Positions 35,042-43,516 of a stretch of 54,768 nucleotides of DNA are shown one piece after another. Source of the stretch: an uncultured archaeon (lineage in GTDB: Archaea > Aenigmatarchaeota > Aenigmatarchaeia > CG10238-14 > SCSR01); contig CAZRMN010000002.1 in NCBI GenBank assembly GCA_964601215.1, forward strand, positions 2,314-57,081, written 5' to 3'. A program made the position numbers and the translations under genes. The first letter of the stretch is position 1, and every line of letters begins with the position of its first letter. A model generated the notes under the pieces. It was given only the letters and a program-made list of their open reading frames with translations. It searched no databases and was not told the DNA's origin.

Positions 35042-37231
35042 ATGGCAAAAAAGGATATGATCGAAAGAGTTAAAGAAGCGATGAAAGATTCTACTAGAAT
35101 TAGAAATGTTGCTACAGCTAGTCATGTTCATCATGGGAAAACAGCTTTAACAGATAATCTGATGGCTGGTGCTGGAATGATAGCAGAAGAGATGGCAGGA
35201 AAAATTATGTATACTTGGTTTGACGAACAAGAACGAAGAAGGCAATTAACAATTTATGGAGCGAACGTTTCAATGGTTCATGAATATGAAGGAAAGGATT
35301 ATTTGATCAACCTGCTGGATACTCCTGGTCACGTAGATTTTGGTGGGGATGTTACTAGAGCTATGAGAGCAGCTGATGGTTGTATAGTTTTAGTTTGCGC
35401 TGTAGAAGGGGTAATGCCACAAACAGAAACAGTTTTCAGACAAGCTTTAAGAGAATATGTCAAACCAGTTTTATTCATAAACAAAACTGATAGAATAATA
35501 AAAGAGTTAAAATTAACCCCAGAGGAAATGCAAAAACGATTTGAGGATATAATCAGGGATGTTAATATCTTAATTCAAAAATATGCTCCTCCTGAGTTTA
35601 AAAATAAATGGCTGGTAAACGTTGCTGATGGAAGCGTAGCTTTTGGTTCTGCTACAAAAAGATGGGCAATTTCTATCCCGTTCATGAAAAAAACAGGAAT
35701 CACTTTTAAGGAAATAATTGAATTAACGCTTGCCGGAAAGGAAGAAGAATTAGCAAAAAAAGCACCCTTACATCAAGTAGTTTTAGATATGATAATCAAA
35801 CATTTGCCAAACCCTTTAGAAGCTCAAAAGTATAGGTTACCTAAAATTTGGAAAGGTGACCTAAACTCAGAAATAGGTAAGCAAATGCTAACTTGCGATC
35901 CCAACGGTAGACTTGCAGCAATTGTTACAAAAGTTGTACCAGACCCGCATATAGGATTTGTAGCTACAGCTAGAATTTTTTCTGGGAAAGTTTACAAAGG
36001 CAAAGAAGTCTATTTGGTTACACAACACAAAAAAGAAAAAATACAACAAGTTGCAATATACAAAGGAATTCAAAGAATTCCTGTAGATGAAGTTACAGCT
36101 GGAAATATTGCAGCCATAGTTGGCATACCAGATGCTTTCACAGGAGAAACCGTATGTGAACCAGACCATATAATCGAACCATTCGAAGAAATAAAACATT
36201 TGTTTGAACCAGTAGTCACCAAATCAATAGAACCAAAGAACGCGATGGAATTACCAAAATTAATCGATGCACTTAAAAAAATTGGAAGAGAGGATGCTGT
36301 ATTGCAAGTAAAAATTAACCAAGAAACTGGAGAATATCTTGTTTCTGGTCTGGGTGAATTACACTTAGAAGCGAAAGTTGAAAATAAACTTAAGGAATTA
36401 GGAATAGAAGTAGAAATGAGCAAACCAATAGTTGTTTATAGAGAAACGGTTTTTGGTAAATCACCCGAAATAGAAGGGAAAAGTCCAAACAAACATAACA
36501 GGTTTTACATAATTGTTGAACCTTTAGAAGATGGTGTATACAATGCTATGAAGGAGGGAATAATTCCAAGTAGTATAGACATTAAATCAAAAAAAGTGGA
36601 ACTTTTCAAAAAAATCTCCGAACTTGGGATGGATTATGATGAGGCAAAAAGGATTGTTTCAATTTACAACAAAAATGTCCTTATTGATTTGACAAAAGGT
36701 GTACAATTTATGAATGAAGTTATTGAAATGGTAAAGGATGCTTTTAAAGAAGTGATGGACGATGGTCCTTTGGCAAGAGAACCGTGCACAAAAGTAAAAG
36801 TTAAAATTGTGGATGCTGAACTTCACGAAGATCCTGTGCATAGAGGACCAGGACAAATAATGCCAGCTGTAAGATATGCAATAAGGCAAGCAATGTTGCA
36901 CGCAGATGCAACTCTTTTAGAACCAAAACAAATAATAAGAATTGATGTTCCTACAGAACTGATGGGAGATGCCATAAGGGAGGTTGAAAATAGAAGGGGA
37001 CAAATACTCGACATGAAAGAAGAGCGAGGAGCAACTATAATTATTGCAAAAATTCCAGTTTCTGATATTTTTGGTTTTGATGCTTCCTTGAAATCTGCAA
37101 CATCAGGAAGAGGATTTTATAGTTTAATAGAAACAGTTTTTGAGAAATTGCCAAAAGAAATGCGTGATGATGTGATCAAGAAAATAAGAAAGAGAAAAGG
37201 ATTGCCAGAAATTGTTCCAAAACCTGAATAA
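35042..37231 (+). CDS. fusA: Elongation factor 2 (aEF-2)
   Basis: DTPGHVDFGGDV, NKTD, GLGELHLE, diphthamide loop HEDPVHRGPGQ. Confidence 0.98.
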   Translation: MAKKDMIERVKEAMKDSTRIRNVATASHVHHGKTALTDNLMAGAGMIAEEMAGKIMYTWFDEQERRRQLTIYGANVSMVHEYEGKDYLINLLDTPGHVDFGGDVTRAMRAADGCIVLVCAVEGVMPQTETVFRQALREYVKPVLFINKTDRIIKELKLTPEEMQKRFEDIIRDVNILIQKYAPPEFKNKWLVNVADGSVAFGSATKRWAISIPFMKKTGITFKEIIELTLAGKEEELAKKAPLHQVVLDMIIKHLPNPLEAQKYRLPKIWKGDLNSEIGKQMLTCDPNGRLAAIVTKVVPDPHIGFVATARIFSGKVYKGKEVYLVTQHKKEKIQQVAIYKGIQRIPVDEVTAGNIAAIVGIPDAFTGETVCEPDHIIEPFEEIKHLFEPVVTKSIEPKNAMELPKLIDALKKIGREDAVLQVKINQETGEYLVSGLGELHLEAKVENKLKELGIEVEMSKPIVVYRETVFGKSPEIEGKSPNKHNRFYIIVEPLEDGVYNAMKEGIIPSSIDIKSKKVELFKKISELGMDYDEAKRIVSIYNKNVLIDLTKGVQFMNEVIEMVKDAFKEVMDDGPLAREPCTKVKVKIVDAELHEDPVHRGPGQIMPAVRYAIRQAMLHADATLLEPKQIIRIDVPTELMGDAIREVENRRGQILDMKEERGATIIIAKIPVSDIFGFDASLKSATSGRGFYSLIETVFEKLPKEMRDDVIKKIRKRKGLPEIVPKPE

Positions 37232-37302
37232 CTCGAAAAACATAACAAAATATTTAAATATTGATAATTAAATTAAAAGATAGTTGATTTGGGGGTGAAG
37301 CG

Positions 37303-38580
37303 ATGCCTGCTAAACCGCACATTAATATTATAACAGCTGGGCATGTGGATAGTGGAAAATCTACTCTTATAGGAAGGTTACTATTTGAAACCGGTGCTAT
37401 TAGAGAAGAGGAACTGAGAAAATTAAAAGAATTGGCAAAAGAACTTAAAAAGGAAACTTTTGAGTATGCTTATGTAATGGATAAACTAAAAGAAGAGAGA
37501 GCAAGAGGTTTAACTATTGACATTATGCACAGACCTTTTGAAACACAAAAGTGGTTCTTCACAGTTATTGATTGCCCTGGTCATAGAGATTTCGTCAAAA
37601 ACATGATTACTGGTGCAAGCCAAGCAGATGCTGCAATATTTGTTGTATCAGCAAAGCAAGGTGAAGGTGTACAAGAACAAACAAAAGAACATGCATGGCT
37701 TATGAAAGTTCTAGGAATTAATCAATTAGTTGTTGTAATAAATAAAATGGATACTGTTAACTATGATGAAAAAAGGTTTAACGAAGTAAAGAATGATGTG
37801 ATACAGCTGCTTAAATCAATTGGTTATAAAGTTGAAGATATCCCATTCATACCAATTTCTGCATATGTAGGAGATAATATAGCTAAGAAATCTGACAAAA
37901 TGCCTTGGTATAATGGTCCAACTTTAGTTGAAGCTTTAGATACTTACATAAAAGAACCTGAAAAACCTGTCGATAAACCGTTGAGAATCCCTATACAAGA
38001 CGTTTATTCAATTACAGGAGTAGGAACAGTGCCCGTAGGGAGAGTTGAAACTGGCGTTCTCAAAGTTGGTGATACATTAGTTTTTGAACCAGCTGGTGTT
38101 AAGGGAGAAGTTAAATCCATAGAAATGCATCATCAGCAAATACAAGAAGCAAAGCCTGGAGATAACATTGGATTTAATGTTAGGGGAGTAAGCAAAACGG
38201 ACATAAGAAGGGGTGATGTTGCTGGTCATCCTGACAATCCACCAACTGTGGTAAAAGAATTTACTGCCCAAATTGTAGTTTTACAACACCCGACAGTAAT
38301 AGCTCCGGGTTATACACCAGTATTCCATTGCCATACTGCTAGTGTTGCATGTAAAATAGAAGAAATAATTGCAAAGATTGACCCAAGAACTGGTGCTGTT
38401 GTACAAGAAAAACCAGATTTCATAAAAACTGGTGATGCGGCAAAAATTAGAGTTGTACCAACAAAACCATTTGTAATAGAAAAACAATCAGAATTCCCAG
38501 AATTGGCAAGGTTTGCTATTAGAGATATGGGAATGACAGTTGCTGCAGGCGTTTGCTTAGATGTAGTTAAGGCAAAGTAA
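37303..38580 (+). CDS. tuf: Elongation factor 1-alpha
   Basis: [35 protein letters not shown]. Confidence 0.98.
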   Translation: MPAKPHINIITAGHVDSGKSTLIGRLLFETGAIREEELRKLKELAKELKKETFEYAYVMDKLKEERARGLTIDIMHRPFETQKWFFTVIDCPGHRDFVKNMITGASQADAAIFVVSAKQGEGVQEQTKEHAWLMKVLGINQLVVVINKMDTVNYDEKRFNEVKNDVIQLLKSIGYKVEDIPFIPISAYVGDNIAKKSDKMPWYNGPTLVEALDTYIKEPEKPVDKPLRIPIQDVYSITGVGTVPVGRVETGVLKVGDTLVFEPAGVKGEVKSIEMHHQQIQEAKPGDNIGFNVRGVSKTDIRRGDVAGHPDNPPTVVKEFTAQIVVLQHPTVIAPGYTPVFHCHTASVACKIEEIIAKIDPRTGAVVQEKPDFIKTGDAAKIRVVPTKPFVIEKQSEFPELARFAIRDMGMTVAAGVCLDVVKAK

Positions 38581-38651
38581 TTTTCTTCTTTTTTTTAATT
38601 CCTTTTCTTCAAACAACTAAAAATTAACTATTGATAAAAACAAAATATTAA

Positions 38652-39602
38652 TTGAAAATTATGGAAATAATAATTCAATCTTTACTGCTTTTTATTTCAT
38701 TAGTAATTCTAGCCAAATCAAGCGATTTTACGATAGATAATGCTATAAAGCTTAGCAGGATTATAAAACTAAAGGAAGTAGCTATTGGGTTTATTTTGTT
38801 ATCTATAGCAACAAACTTGCCAGAAATAACAATTGCTGTAATGTCTATAATTTCAGGAGAAATTGGTATAACTGTTGGAAATGTTTTTGGTGCGAGTATT
38901 GGTGACATATGTATAATATTAGGTATAATAGCTCTACTAAAACCAATCAAAATAACTAGTAAAACTTTCAAAGAATTCTCTACTTTTCTATTTTATTCTT
39001 CTTTAATACCAATTCTCTTGCTTTTAATTAATATTGGTGAAGCTTCAAGAATAATAGGGCTTTTTTTAGTTCTTCTTTTTGCATACTTTAGCTACACTTC
39101 TGCAAAAGAAAGAATTTATCTAAGGGTAAGAAAGCCAGTAAAATTCAACTACAAAATTTTATCATTCTTTATTCTTGGTGTTTTAGGAGTAATAGCAAGT
39201 TCAAAACTAATAGTTGACTCCACATCAAGAATTTCAAAATTAATAGGTATTGAAGAAACTTGGCTGGGTGCAACTGCAATTGCATTTACAACAATAATTC
39301 CAGAATTATCACTTTGTCTCAACTCGATTAAAAAAGGTAGATTAAATCTGACTCTAGGAACTCTAATAGGTTCTTCTCTTTCAGAAATAACCTTAATTTT
39401 TGGAATGGTACTTATATTAACTACTTTTAGTATGGATATGAACATCTTTACTACTCTTGTCATGTTCACCATTCTTTCTAACATTTTAGCATGGAGATTT
39501 TTTGAAACTGATAGAATGATAGATAAAGGAGAGGGAATAGTTTTGCTTCTTGTTTATTGTTTCTTCCTCATTACTACTCTAGGTGTGAGCATAATTTTTT
39601 AG
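38652..39602 (+). CDS. Cation/Ca2+ exchanger (CaCA family)
   Basis: Two alpha-repeats: IATNLPE..GNVFGA and AFTTIIPEL..GTLIGS; about 10 TM segments. Confidence 0.88.
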   Translation: MKIMEIIIQSLLLFISLVILAKSSDFTIDNAIKLSRIIKLKEVAIGFILLSIATNLPEITIAVMSIISGEIGITVGNVFGASIGDICIILGIIALLKPIKITSKTFKEFSTFLFYSSLIPILLLLINIGEASRIIGLFLVLLFAYFSYTSAKERIYLRVRKPVKFNYKILSFFILGVLGVIASSKLIVDSTSRISKLIGIEETWLGATAIAFTTIIPELSLCLNSIKKGRLNLTLGTLIGSSLSEITLIFGMVLILTTFSMDMNIFTTLVMFTILSNILAWRFFETDRMIDKGEGIVLLLVYCFFLITTLGVSIIF

Positions 39603-39686
39603 ATGTTAAATATTTAAACTCGAGTTTCTAACACAATTTAGAAAAAAATTTAAAGCTTATATTCAATTAAAACACTAAGTGATAGT

Positions 39687-40007
39687 ATGCAGATAGCAAG
39701 AATAAAACTTTCAGGAAGAGACCCAAAAGAATTGGATAGCATTTGCGCTGAAATTAAAGAAATTGCAAAAAAGTTTGGTGTAAGCTATAGAGGACCTATT
39801 CCGTTACCCACAAAAAAGCTTAGAGTAGTTACTATGAAAACCCCTTGTGGTGATGGAACTGGACATGGTAATGCTACTTTTGATAGATGGGAGATGAGAA
39901 TCCATAAACGTTTAATAGATGTGCAAGCCGATGATAGAACTTTAAGGCAAATAATGCGAATTAATATTCCAACTAATGTTCATATAGAAATAAAATTAAT
40001 TGGTTAA
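39687..40007 (+). CDS. rps10: 30S ribosomal protein S10 (uS10)
   Basis: [39 protein letters not shown]. Confidence 0.97.
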   Translation: MQIARIKLSGRDPKELDSICAEIKEIAKKFGVSYRGPIPLPTKKLRVVTMKTPCGDGTGHGNATFDRWEMRIHKRLIDVQADDRTLRQIMRINIPTNVHIEIKLIG

Positions 40008-40051
40008 CTTTTTCTATAATTTTTAATTTATAGAAAAACTATCTCAGTTTT

Positions 40052-40603
40052 ATGGGAAAAAAACTAGTTATAGTAATTTCTGGACCGCCTGGAGTTGGAA
40101 CTAGTAGTATTGCAAAAGAAGTTGCCAAAAGATTAAATTTAAGGTATCTTTCACCAGGAAAAACTTACAAAAGTTTTCTAAACAAAAAAGAAGCTGAAGC
40201 AGCACTAGAATTCTGGAAAACTAGTTTTGGAAGTAGCAAAGAGTTACATGAAAAATTGGATGAATATCAAATAGAAGAAGCAAAAAAGGGTAATATAGTT
40301 GTGTGCGGAAAACTTTCAATTTTTTTTCTGAAGGATATAGCTGATTATAAAATCTGGGTCGATGCTCCTTTAGAAATAAGAGCAAAAAGAACTGCTGAAA
40401 GGGATAAAATACCTTTTGAAAAAGCATTAAAAGAAATAAGCGAGAGAGAGAAAATGGAAAGGGAAAAATGGAAAGAAATTTATGGTTTCGACTATTTTGA
40501 CTTGAAAAAAGATGCAGATTTTGTTCTAGACAATTCAAACTTAACTTTAGAAGAAGCAGTTAATAAAATAATTGAATTCATAAAAGCTGAGGGGAAGAAA
40601 TGA
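40052..40603 (+). CDS. cmk: Cytidylate kinase, archaeal type
   Basis: ISGPPGVGTSS, KIWVDAPLEIRAKR, YGFD. Confidence 0.88.
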   Translation: MGKKLVIVISGPPGVGTSSIAKEVAKRLNLRYLSPGKTYKSFLNKKEAEAALEFWKTSFGSSKELHEKLDEYQIEEAKKGNIVVCGKLSIFFLKDIADYKIWVDAPLEIRAKRTAERDKIPFEKALKEISEREKMEREKWKEIYGFDYFDLKKDADFVLDNSNLTLEEAVNKIIEFIKAEGKK

Positions 40604-41460
40604 AAGTTTTGCCTATTTCTTTTGATTCCATGGGAACGAGAAGTATGGCAACTTTTGTTGAAACAAAAGATGTAAAAATATTTATTGATCCAGGTGTTTC
40701 CTTAGCTCCTGTTAGGTATGGTTTACCACCGCATGAAAAAGAAATAAAAAAAATGGAAAAAGATTGGAAGGAAATTCTAAAATTGGGAAAAAAATCTGAT
40801 GTTTTAATAGTCACGCATTACCACTATGACCATCATAACCCAAATGAGGGTTTACACATATACAAAAATAAAATAGTATTGTTAAAACATCCTACAGAGA
40901 AAATAAATTTTTCTCAAAAGGGTAGAGCTGCTTATTTTTTGAATCAAATAAAAGGTTTGCCTAAGAAAATAGAGTATGCTGATGGCAAAGAGTTCAAGTT
41001 TGGAAAAACAAAAATTAAATGTTCTAAACCAGTTTTTCATGGAACAAATCCACGCTTAGGTTATGTTTTTGAAGTTTTAATCGATGATGGAAAGTATAAA
41101 TTTATTCATACTTCAGATGTGGAAGGACCAAGCCAAGAAGATCAAGTAAAATTCATTCTAGAAAACAAACCTAACTTGATTTTTTTAGATGGCCCGCTTT
41201 CTTACATGATGTACAGGTTTGGCACTGAAAACATGAAAAAATCAGTTCAAAATATGGTTAAAATTATAGAAAAATGTCCTTTAGAGGCTTTAGTAATAGA
41301 TCATCATTTTCTTAGAGATCTCAAGTGGAAAGAAAAAATTGCAAAAGTTTTTGAAACTGGAAAAAAGAAAAAAGTGAAAGTTCAGTGCGCAGCAGAATTT
41401 TTAGGAAAGCCTATAGAAATGCTAGAAGCAAGAAGAAAAGAGTTGTATGAAAAAAGCTAA
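40600..41460 (+). CDS. Metallo-beta-lactamase-fold hydrolase (UPF0282-like)
   Basis: DSMGTRSMAT, IDPGVSLAP, THYHYDHH, DHHFLRD. Confidence 0.88.
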   Translation: MKVLPISFDSMGTRSMATFVETKDVKIFIDPGVSLAPVRYGLPPHEKEIKKMEKDWKEILKLGKKSDVLIVTHYHYDHHNPNEGLHIYKNKIVLLKHPTEKINFSQKGRAAYFLNQIKGLPKKIEYADGKEFKFGKTKIKCSKPVFHGTNPRLGYVFEVLIDDGKYKFIHTSDVEGPSQEDQVKFILENKPNLIFLDGPLSYMMYRFGTENMKKSVQNMVKIIEKCPLEALVIDHHFLRDLKWKEKIAKVFETGKKKKVKVQCAAEFLGKPIEMLEARRKELYEKS

Positions 41461-41549
41461 AATTCCCCACCAGTTAATCTTTCATAAATTTCAACATACA
41501 TTTCTGAAGTTGCTCTTATGACATGCTCGGGCAAATGAAACACTAGCAT
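41457..41549 (-). pseudogene. 3' remnant resembling the SAICAR synthetase (purC) C-terminal helix
   Basis: MLVFHLPEHVIRATSEMYVEIYERLTGGEF matches the recalled LPE.V..aT...Y...YErlTG ending of long-form PurC; rest of the gene absent. Confidence 0.65.
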
Positions 41550-41860
41550 TATTTGGAATAAAATGAACCAATACCAAATTCTTCGCATGTAGATTTTAAT
41601 GTTCTACAAGTCATAGTTCTGGGTAACGATATATCAAAGTATTCTAAAATACAATTTGCAGTTTCAGGAGATAACTCAAAATCATTAGACCAATTGAGAG
41701 AACGACAATTATAACACCATGACATAAACCTTGCTCTGCATTCTTCTTGCGTTAGAAAAGAATACTTCGGCTTCTAGAAAAGAAGTATTGAAATGAATAT
41801 TATCACTCCTATTAAAAAACCAGTTAATAATCCGATAATAAATTCTTTGTTTATGGTCAT
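41549..41860 (-). pseudogene. Membrane-anchored Cys-rich protein interrupted by an in-frame TAG at 41774-41776
   Basis: MTINKEFIIGLLTGFLIGVIIFISILLF*KPKYSFLTQEECRARFMSWCYNC...C...C...C; frame stays open 74 codons past the TAG. Confidence 0.7.
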
Positions 41861-41970
41861 GAAATCACGAAAAAATAATAGATAAATAAAAAAATAATTA
41901 TCAAGAAAATAATAAAACTTATTACAAATCCTTTTATAAAATTTTTCCAATTAAAATCTTTCTTCTTCAC
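41857..41970 (-). CDS. 37-aa single-pass membrane peptide (GTG start)
   Basis: MKKKDFNWKNFIKGFVISFIIFLIIIFLFIYYFFVIS; ATGA overlap with the downstream ORF. Confidence 0.5.
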   Translation of the reverse strand: MKKKDFNWKNFIKGFVISFIIFLIIIFLFIYYFFVIS

Positions 41971-42136
41971 AAGTAGAATATTAGATAATTACTTTAAAAA
42001 TCTATTAGCGAAGCAAAATATCATATAAACACTCTCGAACATATAATATGCATCAAGTTCATTAATAGTAAGTTAACAAAACCATAATTGGAAAAATTTA
42101 TATTCTTAACCGGTATTAATTATCTAAGGATAGCTT

Positions 42137-43498
42137 TTGAAAAGGGTAGCAATAATCGGCGCGGGTCCTGCAGGTTTATTTGCCGCTTATGAGTTGTCTA
42201 ACTATTTTGAAGTTGAAATAATAGAACAAGGAAGAGATGTGGATAGTAGAAAATGTCCTGTTCTGGATGGAAAAAATTGTATTAATTGTAATCCTTGCAA
42301 TATTTTAAGTGGTTTAGGGGGTGCAGGTTTATTTTCAGATGGAAAGTTAAACCTAAATCCTAAAATTGGAGGCGACTTAACCGAATTTTTACCAGAAAAT
42401 AAGGCTTGGGAACTCATTGAATATATTGATAAAATTTTCACTGAACATGGAGTTATCAATCATGAACTCAACAGTATAGAAGAGCTTAAAATTATTAAAA
42501 AAAGGGCTGCAGAAGTTGGAATTAATTTTATACCAATTCGTCAAAAACATATAGGTTCAGACCATTTGCCAGAAATAATTAAAAATTTTAGAAAAACATT
42601 GGAAGAAAGAGGTGTGAAATTTCACTTGAACACTAAAGCAACCGATCTACTAGTTAAAGAAAAAAGAGTAACAGAAATAGTTTGCAACAATAAGAGAATA
42701 AGTTGCGATTATGCAATTCTTGCAACTGGAAGATATAATTCTGAATGGGTTACAAAAATTGCTAAAAAACTCAAACTAACAACAATTTTTAATCCTGTTG
42801 ATATAGGCGTAAGAGTTGAAGTACCTAGTATAGTCATGGAATCCATAACAAAAATGTGTTGGGACCCTAAGTTTCACATCCGCACACCAACTTATGATGA
42901 TTTCGTGAGAACATTTTGCGTTTGTCCGAATGGTTTTGTAACAAAAGAAACTTATGAAGGATTTGTAGGAGTTAACGGTTATTCTATGAGAGATAAAAAA
43001 TCAGAAAATACAAACTTTGCATTTTTATCAAGAGTTAAACTTACAAAACCAGTAGAAAATACTACTTCTTATGCAGTTTCAATGGCAAAAATGGCAACAA
43101 CAATAGGAGGTAACAAGCCAATAATTCAAAGACTTGGAGATCTAAAGCAGGGTAGAAGGTCAACATGGAGCAGAATAAACAAGAGTTATGTAAAGCCAAC
43201 TCTTCTAGATGTTACTCCAGGTGATATTTCAATGGCTCTTTCCCATAGAATAGTTACAAATATTCTAGAAGGTTTGAAAATGCTTGACAAAATTATTCCT
43301 GGAATATTCTCTGATTCTACCTTACTCTATGCACCTGAAATGAAACTTTATGCTATGAGAATAAAAACTAATAAAAACTTGCAAACAGAAATTCCAAATC
43401 TTTTCGTTGCAGGAGATGGTGCAGGAGTTTCTAGAGGAATAATTGGCGCCGCTGCTACTGGAATTATTGCAGCAAGAGGAATAATATCTTTAAATTAA
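42137..43498 (+). CDS. NAD(P)/FAD-dependent oxidoreductase (HI0933/YhiN-like)
   Basis: GAGPAGLFAA, GLGGAGLFSDGKL, RHIG-like QKHIGSD, AGDGAGVSRG. Confidence 0.88.
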   Translation: MKRVAIIGAGPAGLFAAYELSNYFEVEIIEQGRDVDSRKCPVLDGKNCINCNPCNILSGLGGAGLFSDGKLNLNPKIGGDLTEFLPENKAWELIEYIDKIFTEHGVINHELNSIEELKIIKKRAAEVGINFIPIRQKHIGSDHLPEIIKNFRKTLEERGVKFHLNTKATDLLVKEKRVTEIVCNNKRISCDYAILATGRYNSEWVTKIAKKLKLTTIFNPVDIGVRVEVPSIVMESITKMCWDPKFHIRTPTYDDFVRTFCVCPNGFVTKETYEGFVGVNGYSMRDKKSENTNFAFLSRVKLTKPVENTTSYAVSMAKMATTIGGNKPIIQRLGDLKQGRRSTWSRINKSYVKPTLLDVTPGDISMALSHRIVTNILEGLKMLDKIIPGIFSDSTLLYAPEMKLYAMRIKTNKNLQTEIPNLFVAGDGAGVSRGIIGAAATGIIAARGIISLN

Positions 43499-43516
43499 AT
43501 TCATATTCTATTTTTA

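Noticed and set aside
41774-41776. In-frame TAG as evidence of amber recoding or pyrrolysine
   Set aside because: TAG is the genuine terminator of pyrI, the nitroreductase, 22907-24337 and the CaCA exchanger in this window, and no pyl genes are visible
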